Source: Vairimorpha necatrix
Taxonomy: Eukaryota
Direction: 5' to 3'
Length of the DNA stretch: 64,000 bases
NCBI GenBank assembly: GCA_036630325.1
Contig: CP142728.1
Span: 868,001 to 932,000, forward strand
In this document: positions 58,136 through 64,000 of the stretch, piece by piece
Layout: each line of letters opens with the position of its first letter
Numbering within the stretch: position 1 is the first letter of the stretch
The notes under the pieces: model-generated
The model's database searches: none
Seen by the model: the letters and a program-made list of their open reading frames with translations, nothing else
Told to the model about the DNA's origin: nothing
Position numbers and translations under genes: made by a program

Positions 58136-59237
58136 GAAAATTTTCTTTTCATAAAGGTACAATTTCGATTGTCCGCATAAACTTCTATATAGTATCCTTG
58201 TATCAATTTTTTGAAATGTATTAAGCTTTAATAATGGCAAACATATCTTTTTCAACAATTGAATAGTTTCTTTCAGAATCAGTAAATTTTTTTACTGTAG
58301 AACCCTAGAACTCCATGTTCTTGGTACAATACCGCACGCATACCATCATTTGAGGCATCACATTTAAAATAAACTATTTTGTGAAGTCGAAGTAACTTTT
58401 ATGTTCTTTCTTGTTCTATTTCGTTTTTAATGCTATAAACTGTTTCTTTAATATCTTCTGTATATTCATATTTGTCTTGTCGAAGTAGATCCGAGATCTT
58501 TTTACTTTGTTCGCTCATATTTATAATGAATCTTCTATACCAATTTAAGATTCCTAATAACTTTTGTACATCTTTTTTACTTTAAATTTCCCATGAAAAT
58601 ACCGCGTTTGCAAGATATTTCTCATCAAGTTTTAATCCTTCTTTGTTTATAATATATCCTAATAGTTTAAACTCGACCTATCTGAATACTGATTTCTCAA
58701 AATTTATTCTTACCGTGTTCTGTTTTAATAATTCAAAACTCTTATGACGTTTAAATCGTGTTCTTCAAAAGTCTCTCCAAACACTATAATATCGTCGATA
58801 TACACATAAAAGTTTTTTGCTATGCTAAGTATATCATTTACATATTTCTGAAATATCTTTGGTCCTGATTTTATTCCAAACGGAATCCTATTATAAGTGT
58901 ATATTTAGTTAAATACTATGAATCCTGTTAACCTACTGCTTTCTGTATCGATTTGTACTTGATTGAACCCATTCTTTAGGTCTATTTAGATGAAATATTT
59001 ACCACTACCCATCAACTGTAGGTTTTCAAATATATGTGGTATTATAAACGGTTCGTCTCTGATAACCTTGTTTAACTCACGGTAATTTATAACTAGTCTT
59101 AATTCTCCAGTTTTTTTTTCAATTGGGAATGTAGGACTAAATCTTTCTGTGTTGTCCTTTTTTATTATGCCTTCTTTTAGCAATCTTTCTATTTCCAATC
59201 TTGCCCCCTCGCAGTACTTATGGGGAATCGGATAAGC

Positions 59238-60421
59238 GGCGCTACTAAATTATCTCGGCCACTTTCCAAAAGAGGGGTAAAAAAATAAAAAGTTGGTAGA
59301 TAGAAAATTTTTAAAAAAAATAGAAAAAAAACTGAATTAAAATTTTAATTGGAAGATGTAGAAAAAAAGTAATATTATCTTGAAGAAGGTTAAAGGAGGG
59401 ATTTTGGGTCATAATTATTTATATTTATTTTTTTCCATACGAATTCATTTAAAAATATTTGGATTCTCTTTTTATTTACACCACCTCGTGCTCGATATTG
59501 CTGCTTCAAATGAGACCACAGGTTTTCAATCTGATTGGTGTTTGTTCCTCCCTGTGTACTAAACCCTTCATTGTGATTTACAACGTAGTGAACTGGCCCA
59601 AATTGACGCAATGCCCATGGATACGAAGGATATCCATCTAATACTATTATAGAACCCGGCCTAACATATTGTTTAAAAAACTCAAATATTGTTTCTTTTT
59701 TTCTGTTTGGAATTATTTTTAAAACAAAATTTCTGAAATTATCCTTCTCTACGCCGCCTAAAATCCACTGTATCCCAGGAATATCATCATCTACACTTGA
59801 TGGGTTTTCGATTATCAACCCATTACAGATAGCAGTTTCGTCGAATTGTACTTCGACGCCTTCACCGCCAATCTGTTTCTCCTCTTGTTCTCTTTTCCCA
59901 ATCAGTTCATCAATTATGTTTTTTAGTTTTATGTAGGTTGGCTCAGATATTTGGCATAAATTTACTGCGTGATAGCTGCTGGCGTTAAAAATCCAGCAAT
60001 GTATTACTTTTAAAACTTTGTTTGCATCAATTCTTATTTTTTCTAACTTTGAACCCTTCCTTGTGGACATCCTTCTCCTACATGATGTGTTGACACATCG
60101 GAAAACTTTCCCGTCTAGTGCTTTTCTCTCGGTTTGCAAGTGATTAGCACAATACCACACTTATCACAAATAAGAGAACTCCGAAAACCATTATGTCTAG
60201 TGAAAAATTCCAATGCTCTTTCGTTGTTTTGGAATATTTCGTGGGAGAAGTCTAAGCTTGTTAGCTCGTCAATAAGTCTTTCCATGTTTGGGCGGATTTT
60301 AACCCTTTTACCCCTTTACTCAATTATCTCGGCCAAGAAAAAGTTATCCTTTAAATTTGAACGAATTATTTATTTTTTTGCCCCTATTTTCACCCCTTGG
60401 CCGAGATAATTTAGTAGCGCC
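59238..60421 (-). mobile_element. Merlin DNA transposon; transposase 59390-60285 with a 5' frameshift
   Basis: TIR GGCGCTACTAAATTATCTCGGCCA, TSD GGATAAGC; VQFDET, LDGYPSY, TNTNQIENLWS. Confidence 0.93.
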
Positions 60422-61751
60422 GGATAAGCTTTATTTTTATAATCATCAATGTGATCTTTAACTTTAAATTTAAATGGTTTCACCGTTATTTCTTTAAATT
60501 TGTTGTTAATCTTTAAATAATCAGTAATATTTTTATTCAACTTAGCCTCTGTAGATTCTTTCATATGCAATATAAATCAAAAAACAAATTATCAATGGGA
60601 TCTTGAAGTCTTTCTTTCCCTATTTCTATAGCTTTGTTTCTAATATATATAATTCTTCTTGATAGATCTAGTTTGCAATTCTGATTCAATAAAAATTCAT
60701 TTCCTTTTATGACGTCTTGTGGAGCGTTCTTTAATACATAACATTTCATCTTATAGACTTCTTCGTTGTTGTTGAATTTAATTAATATTTCTGTCGTCCT
60801 GTCTATTTTTATCTTTTGATTATTAGCTACGGTGGCTGTTTTTTGGCTGTCTTCTCTAATTTCAAGCTTAGCTTTGTTGGCAAGCTCTTGTGAAATATAG
60901 TTCCTAGATGAACCTGTATCTATCCCCATTTTGCCACAATTTCATTAACTCTTCATTCTATTTGTAACTCTAGGTTTGTTATAGGATCTTCTTTAATGAG
61001 GTAATTACTTTCTTTGTTTTGTGCTGCTGTTTGATCGTTGTTTTTCTTTTTATCTTTATTCTTAGACCAACACTTTTAAAAGCTGTAAGTGGTATTTTGA
61101 CAATAGAAACACCATAATTTCTTTCTCTCTACTTCTTGTTTTTCTTCGTGTATTGCGGTTTTTGTAAGGTTTTTTTCTGATTGTTGATTTTTGAGCATTG
61201 TATGGTAGTAAGTATCTTCTTTAGATCCTCTTCTAGGTCTAAAAGATACTCCATAGCTTCTTCAACTTCGTATATTTTTAAATCCTTTAGTTTTCTTGCA
61301 GTATTGAAGGCAAGCGAGTCAAAAAATATTTCTCGCAGACGCTTATTAAATTCCTCCTTCTCGAGATTTTCGATATTGGCATACTGATCCAAGTTTGTTT
61401 TAATAGTTTCATATGATTCTAATATGATCTCGTATTGCATTTGGCGTACATATTTAAGATTGTGAATGAATTCAGCAGAATTCATCTTACCGCCAATCTT
61501 CGCCTTTAAATATTTAGCTATTTCTGTAAAGTTTTTTATCTATTCCTTCTCTCAAAATGGGGTCTAGGATAACTTCATTTAGAACGGTCTTTTGCTCGTC
61601 AGTCGTCTAGTTCAGGCTTTTTGATATCCCGGTGAAGTCTTCTATCCAATCTTTAATGTTAATTCTATTAATTTCCTGTATCTTCTTAATTCGTTTTATG
61701 GGGCTGCTTTGAGTCCTAGTACTTTTATCTCAAATTCGATGTAATCACCTC

Positions 61752-64000
61752 TGTTAATTTGTTTATTGTTATTCTCCATAAAAATTGGGGGTTACATATA
61801 AAATATTTAAAATTATCAACATCCCCCTCTACAAAATTGGCTCATCAACTAAAAGCTTTAACTGAGAAGCGGGTCTTTTTATTTTCTTTTTTCCTATCTT
61901 GATTATAAACGCATTATTTTTTAAAGCTTTATAAACACATCCTCGAACCTATAACTTAGGGCTACCTTTTCCTCTATTTCCTTCTTGTCTGATTAGCACA
62001 ACCTCCCTGGTCTAAAAAAATGTTCTTGCTCACCTTTTCCATTCTTTTTATTGTATATTATTATATTTTCCATTTGAATCTGTCTTAGTTTGTCTTGTAC
62101 ATTTAACAAGGCTGCTTCTTGGGGTGTCATTAAGATTCCAGTATGAAACGTGTTGTTGTAAATCTCTATAGCTCTTTTTAACTTCGTTTTAAAAAAACTG
62201 TCTTCCTTATTCTTAAATATTAGATCTTGTAGTGTCCTATTAAATCTCTCTACTCTACCATTGGATTGGTGATGGTAGGGAGATGTATAATGTAACTCAA
62301 TATTATGATGCTTACAAAAGTTGACGACCTTTGAACTTAAATTTTCTTTTGACTGATCTAATATAAGTGTTTTTATCTTGACCTTTTCGTTGACATCTTC
62401 TATAAAACTTACTACCTTTTCATCGTTTCTTGAACTAAGAACTTTTGCAAAACCTTCTCTAGTAAAATAATCAATTGCTGATATGATATATTGCTTTCCT
62501 ATTGGGCCTATTATATCCACCGCAACCTTTTCTCCTCTTTCGAATGCCGTAACAAAAATAAACTTTTTTTTTCTTTTTTGAATTGTATTGACAACATATT
62601 TCACATTCATTTACTACTTCTTTAGCTAGCTTTTCTACATTTTTAATTTTGAGTCCTCTTTTTCCAATTTCATACTCTAATGATCGTTTTCCTCTATGTA
62701 ATAGTTCTAAATGAATAGCTCGCACAATTTCTTTTTCTTCGACCCTAATCTTCTTGAATTCAATTTCTTCTTCTTCGTTATTTTTATTTTCAATATTCTT
62801 CCTGTCTTCTTTGTCTTCCTCTATTTGTTTATTATCATCCTTTATTTCCTCATTTTCAACGAAATCAAAATTTCTGCTTAAACAATCTACGTGAGGTATG
62901 TCTTTGCCCTGCCTGTACGTAACTTTAAAGCAATATCTAGACATTCTATCTAACCATCTTTGAATTCTCGGGGAGTTAATTTCACCTTTATTAAGCACTT
63001 CTAATGCTTTATGATCTGTTATTACCTCAAAGTTCGCTCCATATAAAAAGTAATTAAAATTTTCCATGCCCCATAACATAGCCAAACACTCTTTTTCACT
63101 AATACCGAAATTAATTTCATGGTCTTTTTGTTTCCTAGAAGCAAACGCAATGGGTATCTCCTCTTTATCAATAATTTGACTAAGTACTGCCGCGATTCCA
63201 TACTTAGAAGCGTCCGTTGTCAAAATAAAATCTTTAGTATAATCTGGCTGGAATAATCCTGCGTTCATTTTGAGAATCTCTTTGATCTTCCTAAAAAGTT
63301 TCTCTTCTTCCTCTGTCCAAATGAACTGTTTCTTGTCTTTTAATAATTCATACAGTGGACTACATATACCGGAGCAGTCTTTAATAAATTTTCTATAGTA
63401 GTTAATTGTTCCTAAAAATTCCTGTAGCTGTTGCTTATCCTTTGGTGATTTTAAATCTTCTATTCCTTGTAACTTATCAACTAATGGGAGTATCCTATTT
63501 TCTTCTATATGATGTCCTAAAAAGTCGATTTCACGCTGTTTAAAACTAGATTTTTCTTCATTTATTTTAAGCTTGTTTCTATCCAAAGCTTCTCTAATTC
63601 TTTATATGCCTCATCGTGTTCCTTTTCATTTCTGCCAAAAATTAAAATATCATCCACGTAACAGAAACAACTCTTTCCTATTTCTTCTTTAAGTGCAAAA
63701 TCCATGAACCTTTGGAATATTGCGGGAGAATTTTTATATCCTTGAGGCATTACCTTCCACTCGTATAGTCTATGTTTAAATCTAAATGCTGTTTTAAATC
63801 TATCTCTTTCCAACAATTTAATTTGAAAAAACCATCTTCCAGGTCTAATTTTGAAAAAAAATTCATTCCACGCAAATTACATAAAATCTCGTCTATTCTG
63901 GGGAGGGAATATCTGTCAAGTTCAACTAGTTTATTTAACGCCACTAAATTTGTAGTCACTCGAATGGAACCATCTGGTTTTATTACCGGCCGAATATTAT
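61752..64000 (-). mobile_element. Second copy of Ty3/gypsy family F (3' LTR 61752-61821 plus frameshifted pol), runs off the window
   Basis: Near-identical reverse complement of ~16900-19149. Confidence 0.95.

Larger units (their letters stand above)
56731..61751 (-). mobile_element. Heavily degenerate Ty3/gypsy element D (A/B/C clade), 3' part missing, 5' LTR interrupted
   Basis: IDTGSSRNYIS protease, LRLVINYRELN, PFGIKSGPKIFQ/YIDD, integrase HRKSAHAG; two Merlin insertions. Confidence 0.8.

Overview
Very AT-rich eukaryotic DNA, most likely from a transposon-rich microsporidian. Support: an EnP1-like spore wall gene, CCC/GGG motifs just upstream of ATGs, and a Merlin + Ty3/gypsy + hAT + Tc1 repertoire. 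The window is a nested transposon cluster. It holds about 10 Ty3/gypsy LTR elements plus 2 solo LTRs, about 12 Merlin (IS1016/ISXO2-like) DNA transposons, a Buster-type hAT, a Tc1/Tc3-like element, an IS630-like transposase, a Ginger-like integrase DNA transposon plus the end of a second copy, and non-LTR (RLE) fragments. The only recognisable host gene is a disrupted EnP1-like gene. Most boundaries are fixed by LTR/TIR pairs and target-site duplications (TSDs) read by eye. The main signals are: (1) one Ty3/gypsy clade has no tRNA primer-binding site (PBS) and instead carries a sequence-variable perfect 12-14 bp palindrome exactly at the PBS position, plus a hairpin at the LTR start, which suggests a tRNA-independent priming or dimerisation mechanism; (2) other families have ultra-short LTRs of 47-71 bp; (3) gag starts inside the LTR in every element whose LTR can be read; (4) a ~310 bp imperfect fold-back hairpin. 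Family and tRNA assignments come from remembered motifs, not database searches.
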